NCBI GenBank assembly: GCA_963722825.1
Contig: CAVROI010000001.1
Location: forward strand, 1,302,427-1,366,426
Origin: an uncultured Gemmatimonadales bacterium
Lineage (GTDB): Bacteria > Gemmatimonadota > Gemmatimonadetes > Gemmatimonadales > GWC2-71-9
Length of the DNA: 64,000 nt
Direction of reading: 5' to 3'
The position numbers were made by a program, and so were the translations under genes. Positions within the stretch are counted from its first letter, which is position 1. Every line of letters starts with the position of its first letter. Shown here in pieces: positions 13,394-22,301 of the stretch. The notes under the pieces were generated by a model. It did not search any database and was not told the DNA's origin. It worked only from the letters and a program-made list of their open reading frames with translations.

Positions 13394-13887
13394 CGGAAGA
13401 GCGCGGTTCGTTCCGCCCACAGCTTCTTCATGAGCTGGATCTGACCGGTGTGATAGGCGTCATGCGCCGCGATACCAAGAAGCAGTTGGCCGTAGGTCCA
13501 GCGCCGGCCGGCCGGCGGCAGGCGGTCGAGCATCTTTGTCGAGACCCGCCCGACGGCCTCGACCAGCCGCTCGTGCTCGTCCTTGAGCAGGGCGACATCC
13601 CGGTTCCACGCTGCGGGATCCGGCGAGTCGGGCGGCAACGGCCAGTTGGACGGACTGCGGGGAAAGCGAGCCATCGGGCCGGACTCGAGATGCCGGCGCA
13701 CGGTGTACTTCCAGTACGCGACGTGGAGGACGAGCGCCCAGATGCTCTTTCGCCTGGGGCCCGGGCGCCAGGCGGCCGCGTCTGCCGTCACGCCCCGCAA
13801 CGCCGTGACCGGAGTGGGCCCCCCATGCCAGTTTCGCGCACCGGGAGCCGGTTGGAGGTTCCAGCGCAGCAGCTCGAGCTGATTCAT
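13390..13887 (-). CDS. DinB family protein
   Basis: WHGGP, SIWALVLHVAYW, HDAYHTGQ. Confidence 0.85.
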   Translation of the reverse strand: MNQLELLRWNLQPAPGARNWHGGPTPVTALRGVTADAAAWRPGPRRKSIWALVLHVAYWKYTVRRHLESGPMARFPRSPSNWPLPPDSPDPAAWNRDVALLKDEHERLVEAVGRVSTKMLDRLPPAGRRWTYGQLLLGIAAHDAYHTGQIQLMKKLWAERTALFR

Positions 13888-14213
13888 ACCGATCGTTGCT
13901 CGTCCATGACGCGGTAGACCTCCCAGCGCTGCGACCCGGGCACGATGTAGGGCGCGAGCGCATCGGAATGGCGGCGAAACTGTGGCGCCGACATTCCGGC
14001 GAGGGCCGCCTCGAAATCCGCGAGGGACTCGAACTGGTACTCGTCCACGACGTGCGAAGCGGATGCCCCGAGCACACCGCACAGCAGTCTCGCGCCGCGC
14101 GCGCGGCGGAACTCGCTGCTGGCGAACTTTTCCGCGCCCCAGGCTTTCATGACGGCGACTGCCTCGCCCAGCTTGCCGTAGGGCACGTCGAGATGCCATT
14201 GGCAGATCAGCAT
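13884..14213 (-). CDS. Hypothetical protein (possible dimeric alpha-beta barrel)
   Basis: GGAGGG RBS, ATGA overlap; pattern EYQFESLADFE. Confidence 0.75.
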   Translation of the reverse strand: MLICQWHLDVPYGKLGEAVAVMKAWGAEKFASSEFRRARGARLLCGVLGASASHVVDEYQFESLADFEAALAGMSAPQFRRHSDALAPYIVPGSQRWEVYRVMDEQRSV

Positions 14214-14278
14214 ACCCCTCCCCGTCGGCGGTCCCGCCGCCTAGGTTCTTCATCAACCCGCACTCAGCGTGGCCGACA

Positions 14279-14506
14279 ATGAACGCCAACCGTGAAGCCC
14301 GACTCAAGCCCGAGTTCGCCCACCTCTACCCCGGTCTGGCGCCGGGCGTGTGGTACAAGGCGTCGTGGCTTTCCGCCCGCCAGTTCGCGCGGGAACCGTG
14401 CGACGGCGCCGCGGCCGCTATCGCCCGCATGGTGGACGAGAACCATTTCGAATTCCGTGGCGGGCGCCCTCGCGATGGGCAGCCCACCCGGCGCTACATC
14501 CCGTAG
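14279..14506 (+). CDS. Small conserved hypothetical protein
   Basis: REARLKPEFAHLYPGL..GVW...HFEFRGG; divergent ORF with typical codon usage. Confidence 0.7.
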   Translation: MNANREARLKPEFAHLYPGLAPGVWYKASWLSARQFAREPCDGAAAAIARMVDENHFEFRGGRPRDGQPTRRYIP

Positions 14507-15450
14507 CGGTTGTGCAGGGTCTCCACATGCTGCCGCTCGTGACCCGCGATGATGAAGGCGAGGGCGCGCACACTGACTTCATTGTCGCTCGCCGTGCCGC
14601 GTCTCGTCCAGGCCTCGGCCGGCAGATTGCGGAACATCGAAATGCTCGCCTGGCGCGCCGCGACCCACTCCTCGACCAGCTGCTCGAGCGCCAGGTCGTT
14701 TGACCTGGCGACCGGCGCGTAGGCGTCCTGGTCGAAGCCGGGGAGCGGCGTGGCATCACCGCGGGCGATTCGGAGCGCGCGATAGGCCATGATGCGCTCG
14801 ACATCGCTCAGGTGCCCGACGACCTCCTTCACGCTCCACTTGTCGGGCGCGTATCGGAACTCCCGACGGTCCGGCGGCACCACGGAGAGCATCGCGGCTG
14901 TCGCGTCACGCTGCGCCGCGAGCAGGGCCAGGACATCGACGCCGTCCGGCACGCGGGCCACGTAGCCGCCGTAGAATTCGGCATACTCGTCCGCGCCGGG
15001 CCGCTCGACCGACCAACTCTCCCACGCAACGGTGGCACCGACGGCAATGTCGCCACCCTCCAGCACCTCGGCGAACGCGCCGCCGGCCCAGTCGCTTTCC
15101 ATGGCGCGGCGCAATCCGGGCAACGCCTCGTCCATCCGCTCGCAGGGACGGGTTTCGCCGAGGATGCGGAGCCGGCAGTCGCCGATCCGGAGGCTCCGGT
15201 TGGTGCTCCGCGCGAGCGGAAGATCGCTCACCATGAGATTGGCGCGACGGGCACTCGGAGACACATCCGCACCCATGCGGCGCATCAGCCGCTCCCATAC
15301 CTCGCGCTCGATGATGGTGACCTGGCGCCGGCGACCCTGATCGGCACTGCCGGCGACGCCGCCGCCGGCCACCAGCGCGGCCGCGGGGACCGGATCCATC
15401 GAGCCACGATGTGACCGCTTCACCCAGATCGCTTCGAGTCGTCCCGCCAT
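14494..15450 (-). CDS. MOSC domain-DinB domain fusion
   Basis: MOSC: RRQVT, RRANL, ETRPCERM; DinB: YAPDKWSVKEVVGH, AGHERQH. Confidence 0.85.
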   Translation of the reverse strand: MAGRLEAIWVKRSHRGSMDPVPAAALVAGGGVAGSADQGRRRQVTIIEREVWERLMRRMGADVSPSARRANLMVSDLPLARSTNRSLRIGDCRLRILGETRPCERMDEALPGLRRAMESDWAGGAFAEVLEGGDIAVGATVAWESWSVERPGADEYAEFYGGYVARVPDGVDVLALLAAQRDATAAMLSVVPPDRREFRYAPDKWSVKEVVGHLSDVERIMAYRALRIARGDATPLPGFDQDAYAPVARSNDLALEQLVEEWVAARQASISMFRNLPAEAWTRRGTASDNEVSVRALAFIIAGHERQHVETLHNRYGM

Positions 15451-15481
15451 TGATATCTCTCCGTGATTGTGTACCGCGGTC

Positions 15482-15766
15482 TCACCCGACGCGGCCGAGC
15501 ATGCTGCGCCGGCGGTAGCTGCCACAGGGAGGATCTCCCACGCGGGCGGCCTCAGAGGCGTGGGGCACCCACGCATCGACTCGGACACTGTCTCCCGCAT
15601 TCAGCGCCGCGCCATACCTCGCGCGACACGCCGTCAGCACGCCCTGGAGCTCCATGCGCATGACCTGCACGCCGTGCCAGCGACTGATGGCCACCGGCGT
15701 CAGCGCGATCACCGTCGCCACGATGATGAGGACGAGAATCAGTATCCTCGAGCCGCCGTGCCTCAT
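15482..15766 (-). CDS. Small membrane-anchored hypothetical protein
   Basis: N-terminal TM helix, ATGA overlap. Confidence 0.6.
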   Translation of the reverse strand: MRHGGSRILILVLIIVATVIALTPVAISRWHGVQVMRMELQGVLTACRARYGAALNAGDSVRVDAWVPHASEAARVGDPPCGSYRRRSMLGRVG

Positions 15767-16245
15767 TGTGCCTCGAGCCGAGCGATGGTTCCGCTCTCGC
15801 CCAGGAGCTCGAGGCCGTCAGGGGAGAGACGATACGCCCGGGTACCCTCCAGCGCGGCGACGAACTCCCGCTCGATATCCATCCCCTTCTTACACGCCAT
15901 TCGGGTCAGCGCCAGGGGGCCGAACCGCAGGCTGTCCCCCTGGAGCCGGTACGTGCCCGACATCCTGTTGCAACCGGCGAAGCCGCTCACGCGCTTTCCC
16001 TCGATCGTCAACTCCATGGTAGCGGCCTTGCCATCCTGACCTAGCGCCATGGGCTTTCCGTCGACCTCGGCGAGCCGCCACGTGGTGCCGACGAGAATCG
16101 GTCCCTGACTGGCGGCCACGGATGACGCGGCGATCGCCGGCGGAGCGGAGGAATCGCTGCCTTGCCGCGGCGGCGCGTCATTCCTGGAGGAGCCCACGCA
16201 CGCGTGCCCGGTCAGGACCAGGAGCCAGACCATCGATGCCCTCAT
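15763..16245 (-). CDS. META domain (HslJ-like) lipoprotein
   Basis: GFAGCNRMSG, TRMAC. Confidence 0.88.
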   Translation of the reverse strand: MRASMVWLLVLTGHACVGSSRNDAPPRQGSDSSAPPAIAASSVAASQGPILVGTTWRLAEVDGKPMALGQDGKAATMELTIEGKRVSGFAGCNRMSGTYRLQGDSLRFGPLALTRMACKKGMDIEREFVAALEGTRAYRLSPDGLELLGESGTIARLEAQ

Positions 16246-16320
16246 GGGACCTCCAATAGAGTCGTGATCGGTCTAACGAAGCGAGAATCGCGGTCCGCGG
16301 CAAGAGCATCCCGCCGCTCG

Positions 16321-17067
16321 CTATACCCGGCCCGCTCGCACGATGAGCGGCCATTCGATCCGCCGCCGAGCCTCGCGGCCTCCCCAGATGGACTCGAGCA
16401 GCTCCCCGAGCATCTCCACCGGATCGGCGCCGGTCTCTGCGCGATACCGGCTCACAGCCGACCAGGTCCCAACGTATCCAAGCAGGTCATCGAGGGTCCA
16501 GTCGGCACTCATCGAGAAGGGCGGAACGGTCGTCTCCGCGAAGGGAAACGAAATCCCGCGGTATCCGGCGTCCACCAGGCGCCGCTCGGGCGGCCAGTAG
16601 TCCCCCACGGTGACATCGTAGAAGTGCCGGAAGGCCCGGTCGAGCTTCACGTCGCCGAGAAGCGCCAGATCATAGCTCCATACCGCGACTACTCCTCCGG
16701 GAAGGACGACACGCCGGACCTCGGAATAGAATGCGGAGAGGTCGATCCAGTGCAACGCCTGCGCGACCGCCACCAGATCGATGCTGCCGTCGGCGAGCGG
16801 GCATCGCTCCGCGGCCGCGACGACCCGATGCAAACCCGTGCGTCCTGACCCCGAGGCCAGCTGGGCGGGACTGATGTCGGTGGCGACCACGGCCGAAAAG
16901 TGCGACCGAAGCCCCTCGGAGGCCTGCCCGCTGCCGGCGCCGCAGTCCCAGGCTCGCCCGTGGCGCGATGCCAGGCCGGCGAGAACGGTGAACAAGTCCG
17001 CCGGATACGCCGGCCGGTACCGGGCGTAGGCCCGCGCGACGCTCGAGAAGTGATCGGCCCGCATCAC
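16321..17067 (-). CDS. Class I SAM-dependent methyltransferase
   Basis: YARYRPAYP, WDCGAGSGQA, AQALHW. Confidence 0.9.
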   Translation of the reverse strand: MMRADHFSSVARAYARYRPAYPADLFTVLAGLASRHGRAWDCGAGSGQASEGLRSHFSAVVATDISPAQLASGSGRTGLHRVVAAAERCPLADGSIDLVAVAQALHWIDLSAFYSEVRRVVLPGGVVAVWSYDLALLGDVKLDRAFRHFYDVTVGDYWPPERRLVDAGYRGISFPFAETTVPPFSMSADWTLDDLLGYVGTWSAVSRYRAETGADPVEMLGELLESIWGGREARRRIEWPLIVRAGRV

Positions 17068-17070
17068 CGG

Positions 17071-17421
17071 CTACCGCTCTCCCGCGGATTGATCTGCTTC
17101 TTCCGCGACGACGGCAGTGCCGTAGCAGATCACCTCGGTGACGCCCGACATGATCTCGGTCGCATCGTACCGGATGCCGACCACGGCGTTGGCCCCGCGG
17201 CGCTGCGCATGCGCCAGGAGGATGTCGAACGCGTCGGAGCGTGCGCGCTCGCAGAGCGAGGTGAGCAGCGTGATGTGGCCGCCGAACAGCGTCTCGACTT
17301 TGGCTCCGATGCTTCCGAAGAGGGATCGAGACCGGACGGTGACGCCTCGCACCAGTCCGAGCGACTGTACGATGTGATAACCCGGCAGGTCGAAGGCGGT
17401 GGTGGTCATCTCTTCGTGCAT
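17071..17421 (-). CDS. YbjQ/UPF0145 family protein
   Basis: [28 protein letters not shown]. Confidence 0.9.
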   Translation of the reverse strand: MHEEMTTTAFDLPGYHIVQSLGLVRGVTVRSRSLFGSIGAKVETLFGGHITLLTSLCERARSDAFDILLAHAQRRGANAVVGIRYDATEIMSGVTEVICYGTAVVAEEADQSAGER

Positions 17422-17534
17422 ATGCTCCTCAGAGGCCGGTTCGACAGTGGTCCCGCGGGTGCCTACCTTTCCGCAGCGGAATAATAAAGCAGGCGAGTCT
17501 CATCACGTCTTTTCCGGAAAGGACCGAAGGTTCA

Positions 17535-18053
17535 ATGAAGTCCGATCAGCTTCGCGCCATCCAGGGCCCACTCAAGGAGCACTATCGTGAGGACCCTGCC
17601 GCCGCGCTCGTCACCCTGCACGCCGTGGCGCGGCTCGATGCGCCGGGAGTGAGCTGCCGCGTCGACACGGGTCGCGCCCTCGTCGAGGCGGGACTACATC
17701 CGGCGACCGGAGGGTCGGGAGCCCAGGTCTGTTCCGGCGACATGTTGCTGGAGGCGCTCGCGGCGTGCGCGGGAGTGACCATGCGCGCGGTGGCGACCTC
17801 CCTCGACATTCCGCTACGGGGAGGGGCGATCCGCGCGGAGGGCGATCTGGACTTCCGAGGCACGCTGGGGGTGGCCAAGGACGTGCCGGTGGGTTTCCGG
17901 ACCATCAGGCTGGGGTTCGAGCTGGAGTCGGACGCGACCGGCGAGCAGTTGGATACCTTGCTCCGACTCACCGAACGCTACTGCGTGGTGCTCCAGACGC
18001 TGCGCACACCCCCGCTCGTGAGCGTGGTGCGTTCGGCTGCGCCTGGTCGCTGA
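17535..18053 (+). CDS. OsmC family protein
   Basis: AGLHPATGG, CSGDMLLEALAACAG, TERYCVV. Confidence 0.9.
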   Translation: MKSDQLRAIQGPLKEHYREDPAAALVTLHAVARLDAPGVSCRVDTGRALVEAGLHPATGGSGAQVCSGDMLLEALAACAGVTMRAVATSLDIPLRGGAIRAEGDLDFRGTLGVAKDVPVGFRTIRLGFELESDATGEQLDTLLRLTERYCVVLQTLRTPPLVSVVRSAAPGR

Positions 18054-18077
18054 CCGCGCACCCCATCGTCCCGAGCC

Positions 18078-18530
18078 TCAGGGCACTTCGACGTGCAGAG
18101 GCTCGATGGTAACGACCACGGTGCGACTGGCGGGATCCCAGCGCCCTACCCACACGTCGTACGGCCCGGGCGATAGCGGCCCCAGGCGCGCCTCATACAG
18201 CACCCGGCGCCACCCCGGCACCGGAGTGGCCTCCTGGACGGTTTTTCCGGGCACCGAATCGAAGAGGGTGAGCCTCAGCGTGCCGCGCTGCGTCGAATCG
18301 ACGTCGCCGTAGAGCCCGCCGTCGGTTCGCTGGTGATCCATCCCCCGGATGGTGATGACCCGACCCGTCAAGAGAAGCGTCGGCGGTCCGCTGTCAGAGG
18401 GGGCGGCCTTGCCGAGAACGCGAAAGCCGGTGGCCGTCGCCGGACGGGCCTGCGGTGGCGGGCGCGGTGGCGAGCACGCGACCGCAAGCGTGACGGTTGC
18501 CGCCACGAGAAGGCTACGTGACGCGATCAC
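18078..18530 (-). CDS. Hypothetical lipoprotein
   Basis: Hydrophobic leader with LAVAC; start uncertain. Confidence 0.6.
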   Translation of the reverse strand: MIASRSLLVAATVTLAVACSPPRPPPQARPATATGFRVLGKAAPSDSGPPTLLLTGRVITIRGMDHQRTDGGLYGDVDSTQRGTLRLTLFDSVPGKTVQEATPVPGWRRVLYEARLGPLSPGPYDVWVGRWDPASRTVVVTIEPLHVEVP

Positions 18531-18837
18531 CGTCGGGGGTGCTGAGCACTTCGTAATGAGCGACGGTCGGCTCGAGCTCGAGCAGATACCGGGAGTCTTC
18601 CGGGTAGTAGCGGGCGCGCTCGACGTCGTTTCCCGCGAAGGCGCGGATGCTCGCGAGCGAGGTCCAGAGGCTCGTGAGGAGAAAGTGCGCGACGTCCGCT
18701 TCCACTTTTCTGAACACGTAGACCCCTGCATTGCCCGGCGTTCGCCGATAGTCCGGAATCCCGGTGCGGAGCAGATACTCGTAGTATTTGTCGGCGAGCC
18801 CGATGGGCACTCGCCCGTGCCAGGTGCGCGCAATCAT
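18514..18837 (-). CDS. Antibiotic biosynthesis monooxygenase-like (ABM) protein
   Basis: MIARTWHG, TPGN, SIRAFAG, ARYYPED. Confidence 0.85.
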   Translation of the reverse strand: MIARTWHGRVPIGLADKYYEYLLRTGIPDYRRTPGNAGVYVFRKVEADVAHFLLTSLWTSLASIRAFAGNDVERARYYPEDSRYLLELEPTVAHYEVLSTPDGDRVT

Positions 18838-18849
18838 CCTCGTCTCCCC

Positions 18850-19359
18850 TCAAGGCACGTAGCGCGCAACCGCCATGGCAGCCGTTGCGAATAGAAGCAA
18901 CACGGCCACTATGGTGGCAAAGCGCCCCATGCGCGCCTGCAGCGCCTGCATCTCGGCAATTTGCGCCGGGGCCGGCGGGCCGCTGGAGCCTTGCATCGCC
19001 GCCGCCAGCGCGCCCATTCGTTTGGTGGTCGGAGTGACGATCGCCATGCCAAGCACCACGACCAGAATTCCCAGCATGCCACCGAGCCCGAACACGCGGC
19101 CCGAACCCGTCTGCATCCATTGACCGCTGAATCCTGTGGAATCGCGCCAGTAGAGCCCAATCCCCGACAGGATGGTCAGAAGGGCCAGCGACATCATGTA
19201 AACCGGCAGCTTTCTCACCTGGGCGAGTTGTTGCATGACTGCGCCGCCCGCCGGACCCAGCGAACGAACGGTCGGGATGAGAAAGAAGGCAGCGAAGACG
19301 GCGGCCCCGACCCAGAGGACGCCGGACACGATGTGGATCAGACGGAACAGATAAAGCAT
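18850..19359 (-). CDS. 4-TM membrane protein
   Basis: RLIHIVSGVLWVG and further hydrophobic helices. Confidence 0.8.
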   Translation of the reverse strand: MLYLFRLIHIVSGVLWVGAAVFAAFFLIPTVRSLGPAGGAVMQQLAQVRKLPVYMMSLALLTILSGIGLYWRDSTGFSGQWMQTGSGRVFGLGGMLGILVVVLGMAIVTPTTKRMGALAAAMQGSSGPPAPAQIAEMQALQARMGRFATIVAVLLLFATAAMAVARYVP

Positions 19360-19405
19360 GCCTGTGCCTTGCATTGGTTGTTGCTCCCTGAAGAATCGGT
19401 GGTCC

Positions 19406-20698
19406 TCATCCAAACGGTTGGTCGATTGCGGCACTCTGAGCCGTGAAGAATCGCGCACCGCCTGGTGTGATGTACAGACAATCCTCGAGCCGGATCCCGA
19501 ATTCGCCATAGATTGCGATGGTCGGCTCGTCGCTGAAACACATGCCCGCCTCGAGAATGGTCTTGTTGCCGCGAACGAAGTTGGGCGACTCGTGACCGTC
19601 CATGCCGATGCCGTGCCCTGTTCGGTGCGGCAAGCCGGGCACCTGGTATCCGGGACCGAATCCGGCATCGGTGATCACCTTTCGGGCCGCGGCGTCGACC
19701 GATTCACAGGTCACGCCGATCCGGGCCGCCGCGAATGCCGCGTCCTGCGCCCGCCGCTCGAGGTTCCAGATCTCTATCTGCCGGCGGGTCGGCTTCCCGT
19801 ACACCGTCGTGCGCGTGATGTCCGATTGGTAGCCTTCCAACGCGCACCCCGCATCCAGGAGGACGATATCGCCCTCCCGAAGATGCTGCAGTCTGTTGGA
19901 TCCATGCGGAAAGGCCGAAGCCTCCCCGAATCCGACGAGCGCCCAGGGATCGCTTCCACCAAGCCGCTCCTGGGCCGCGAGCATGTTGCCGGAGAGCTCA
20001 TATTGCGTCATCCCTGTGCGCAGCGTCGCGAATGACGCGCGAAACGCCGCGATGGTCAGATCGCTCGCCCGCTGCATCAGCGCCAGCTCGGCCGCGCTCT
20101 TGATCATCCGGCACCCGACGGTGACGGCCGCGGCGGGGACATATTGGGCCGCAGGCGCCGCTGCCCGGACCCCGTCGAGCACGAAGAATCGCACCTGGTC
20201 TTCGATCCCGACGCGACCGGACACGATGCCGCGATCGCGGAGGGCCCCGGCCACGAGCTTGTACGGACTCTCATCCTCCTGCCAGACCCGCACGTCCGCT
20301 CCTCGAGGAAGGCGTTCCCGCGCCCGGGCCTCTTCGAACGCGGGACAGATGCAGACCAGCTCGCCCTCCGCCGGGAGAAGCATCAGGAAGGGGCGTTCGG
20401 AGAGGCTCCATCCGACGGCGGTAAAGTAGGAGAGACTCGTGCCCGGCTCGAGGAGGAGGGCATCGATCCGGTGCTGCGCCATGAGCTGACGCGCTCGAAC
20501 CAGCCGTTCCTGCCTCTCCGTGTCGGAGATCGGTGTGATTCCGCCCGTCATCCGGGTGAGGGCGCGAATTGGAGGAGGGAGCGCGCAGGGATCGGAATCG
20601 AGGCCCGCCGAATCGAGCGGCGCGCCTCGGGCCGACAAGGCGGCCGCACCCACCAGCCCAGGCATGAGTCCAACGAATCTGCGGCGGCTGGTCGTCAT
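19406..20698 (-). CDS. Xaa-Pro (M24B) peptidase with Tat-like signal
   Basis: SRRRF leader; DAGC, YQSDITRT, HRTGHGIGMDGHE, EP, GIRLED. Confidence 0.92.
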   Translation of the reverse strand: MTTSRRRFVGLMPGLVGAAALSARGAPLDSAGLDSDPCALPPPIRALTRMTGGITPISDTERQERLVRARQLMAQHRIDALLLEPGTSLSYFTAVGWSLSERPFLMLLPAEGELVCICPAFEEARARERLPRGADVRVWQEDESPYKLVAGALRDRGIVSGRVGIEDQVRFFVLDGVRAAAPAAQYVPAAAVTVGCRMIKSAAELALMQRASDLTIAAFRASFATLRTGMTQYELSGNMLAAQERLGGSDPWALVGFGEASAFPHGSNRLQHLREGDIVLLDAGCALEGYQSDITRTTVYGKPTRRQIEIWNLERRAQDAAFAAARIGVTCESVDAAARKVITDAGFGPGYQVPGLPHRTGHGIGMDGHESPNFVRGNKTILEAGMCFSDEPTIAIYGEFGIRLEDCLYITPGGARFFTAQSAAIDQPFG

Positions 20699-20708
20699 AG
20701 TTCCTCGT

Positions 20709-22286
20709 TCACGGATGCACCGGGCGCAGGAGCAGGTCCGCAAAATCGAAGCTGAAATCTACGCCGGAGGAAGCGGGCGCCATCTTCACCTGATCGATGC
20801 TGCCGTCCGGATTGAGCGCGAATGTCGCGAAGGCGTCGGCTCGCAGCTCGCGGTCCCGCCAACGCACGAGAAACGCATCGTGCTGCCAGTGGATGAGATC
20901 ACCGACGAGCGAAGGCGAATGGCCGAAGCGCATCACCAGCGCGCCCTTCTCCATCGCGATCGACACGTCGCCATACCAGTCGTCCCGATACGCGCCAGCA
21001 TACTGCCCCAGTTCCAGGGATGGCCCCGACGTCGAGTCGCGCGCGGCCGCCGCCTTCCGCACTTCCTCGGCAAGGTTCGCCCTGTCCCGGGCGTCGAGCT
21101 TCTTGTAGATCCCGAGATAGTCCGGCGTCCTGGCGCCGAGATAGTGGTCGAGCACGCGGTCGGTGATGGCGTTGAACGCGTGGCCCGACTCTTGGTTGGT
21201 CAGCACGACCACGCCGAGCCGGAGGTCGGGAATCATCGCGACCTTGGAGACATAGCCCGGCAAGCCACCGGTGTGCTGCAGCAGCTTGTGCCCACGATAG
21301 TCGCGCACACCCACTCCGAGCGCGTAGCCGCTGAAATTGGCCTCGAGATGCGGGAGCTCCGGCGGCAGGGGCGTGATGGGGACCGGCGTGACGTCCCGCG
21401 AGATCTGCGTGGTGCTCGCGGGCGAGAACAGTTTCGACCCATCCGCCGTCCGCCCGGATTCCAGTTGAACCATGGCCCACTTCGCCATGTCTTCCGCGCC
21501 CGACATGATCCCGCCCGCCGGATTGGTGTTGTCGCTCAGGAAGGGCGCGACCGGGCGGACCGTATCGTTCACCTCCGCGTGCGGAGTCGCGACATCGGTA
21601 CCGCTGCCAGCGCCGGAGTGCAGCACATCGCTGTTCGTCATGCCGACCCTGGACAGGATCCGGGAGCGGACGAAATCCTCCCAGCTGCCTCCGCTGACCG
21701 CCTCGATCACCTCCCCGGCAACGAGATAGAGCATATTGTCGTAGGCGTAGGCGCTGCGGAACGAGGTCGCCGGCTTGATGAACCGGATCCTCCGAGCGAT
21801 CTCCTTGCGGTCGTAGGTCGACGCCGGCCACCAGAGCAGGTCGCCGGCGCCGAGGCCCAGGCCGCTCCGATGCACCAGCAGGTCGCGCACCGTCAATTCG
21901 TGGGTGACGAAGGGATCGTACATGGCAAACCACGGCAGATAGCGGGTGACCGGCGCGTCCCACGCGAGCTTTCCTTCCTCGACCAGGAGCGCGATCGCCG
22001 TCGCGGTGAAGACCTTGGTGTTCGAGGCGATCCCGAAGCGCGTGCGCGGGTCCACTGGCGTCGGATCGCCCAGCTTCCGCACACCGTATCCCCTGGCCAG
22101 CACCACCTTCCCGCCCTTGACGATGGCGACGGCGACACCGGGAACGTGGAACGCTTGGAGAACCTGGGAGACGTAGGCGTCGAACTTCGGTGGCGGGGCG
22201 GTCCGCTGCCCGGCGAGCGGAGAGGCGGTGACGACGAAGACGGCGGCCAGGAGGGCGAGGGGAAACCGCGTCAGCTCCGAAGCCAT
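20709..22286 (-). CDS. Secreted serine hydrolase (beta-lactamase/S12 family) with DUF3471-like C-terminus
   Basis: SNTK (SxxK), YDN, HTGG; signal peptide. Confidence 0.9.
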   Translation of the reverse strand: MASELTRFPLALLAAVFVVTASPLAGQRTAPPPKFDAYVSQVLQAFHVPGVAVAIVKGGKVVLARGYGVRKLGDPTPVDPRTRFGIASNTKVFTATAIALLVEEGKLAWDAPVTRYLPWFAMYDPFVTHELTVRDLLVHRSGLGLGAGDLLWWPASTYDRKEIARRIRFIKPATSFRSAYAYDNMLYLVAGEVIEAVSGGSWEDFVRSRILSRVGMTNSDVLHSGAGSGTDVATPHAEVNDTVRPVAPFLSDNTNPAGGIMSGAEDMAKWAMVQLESGRTADGSKLFSPASTTQISRDVTPVPITPLPPELPHLEANFSGYALGVGVRDYRGHKLLQHTGGLPGYVSKVAMIPDLRLGVVVLTNQESGHAFNAITDRVLDHYLGARTPDYLGIYKKLDARDRANLAEEVRKAAAARDSTSGPSLELGQYAGAYRDDWYGDVSIAMEKGALVMRFGHSPSLVGDLIHWQHDAFLVRWRDRELRADAFATFALNPDGSIDQVKMAPASSGVDFSFDFADLLLRPVHP

Positions 22287-22301
22287 GGCACCTCGCGAGA
22301 G

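Noticed and set aside
16271-16277. GTTAGAC on the minus strand as an attC core site
   Set aside because: No matching RYYYAAC partner or attC-like stem, no repeats at other junctions, no integrase; many genes overlap
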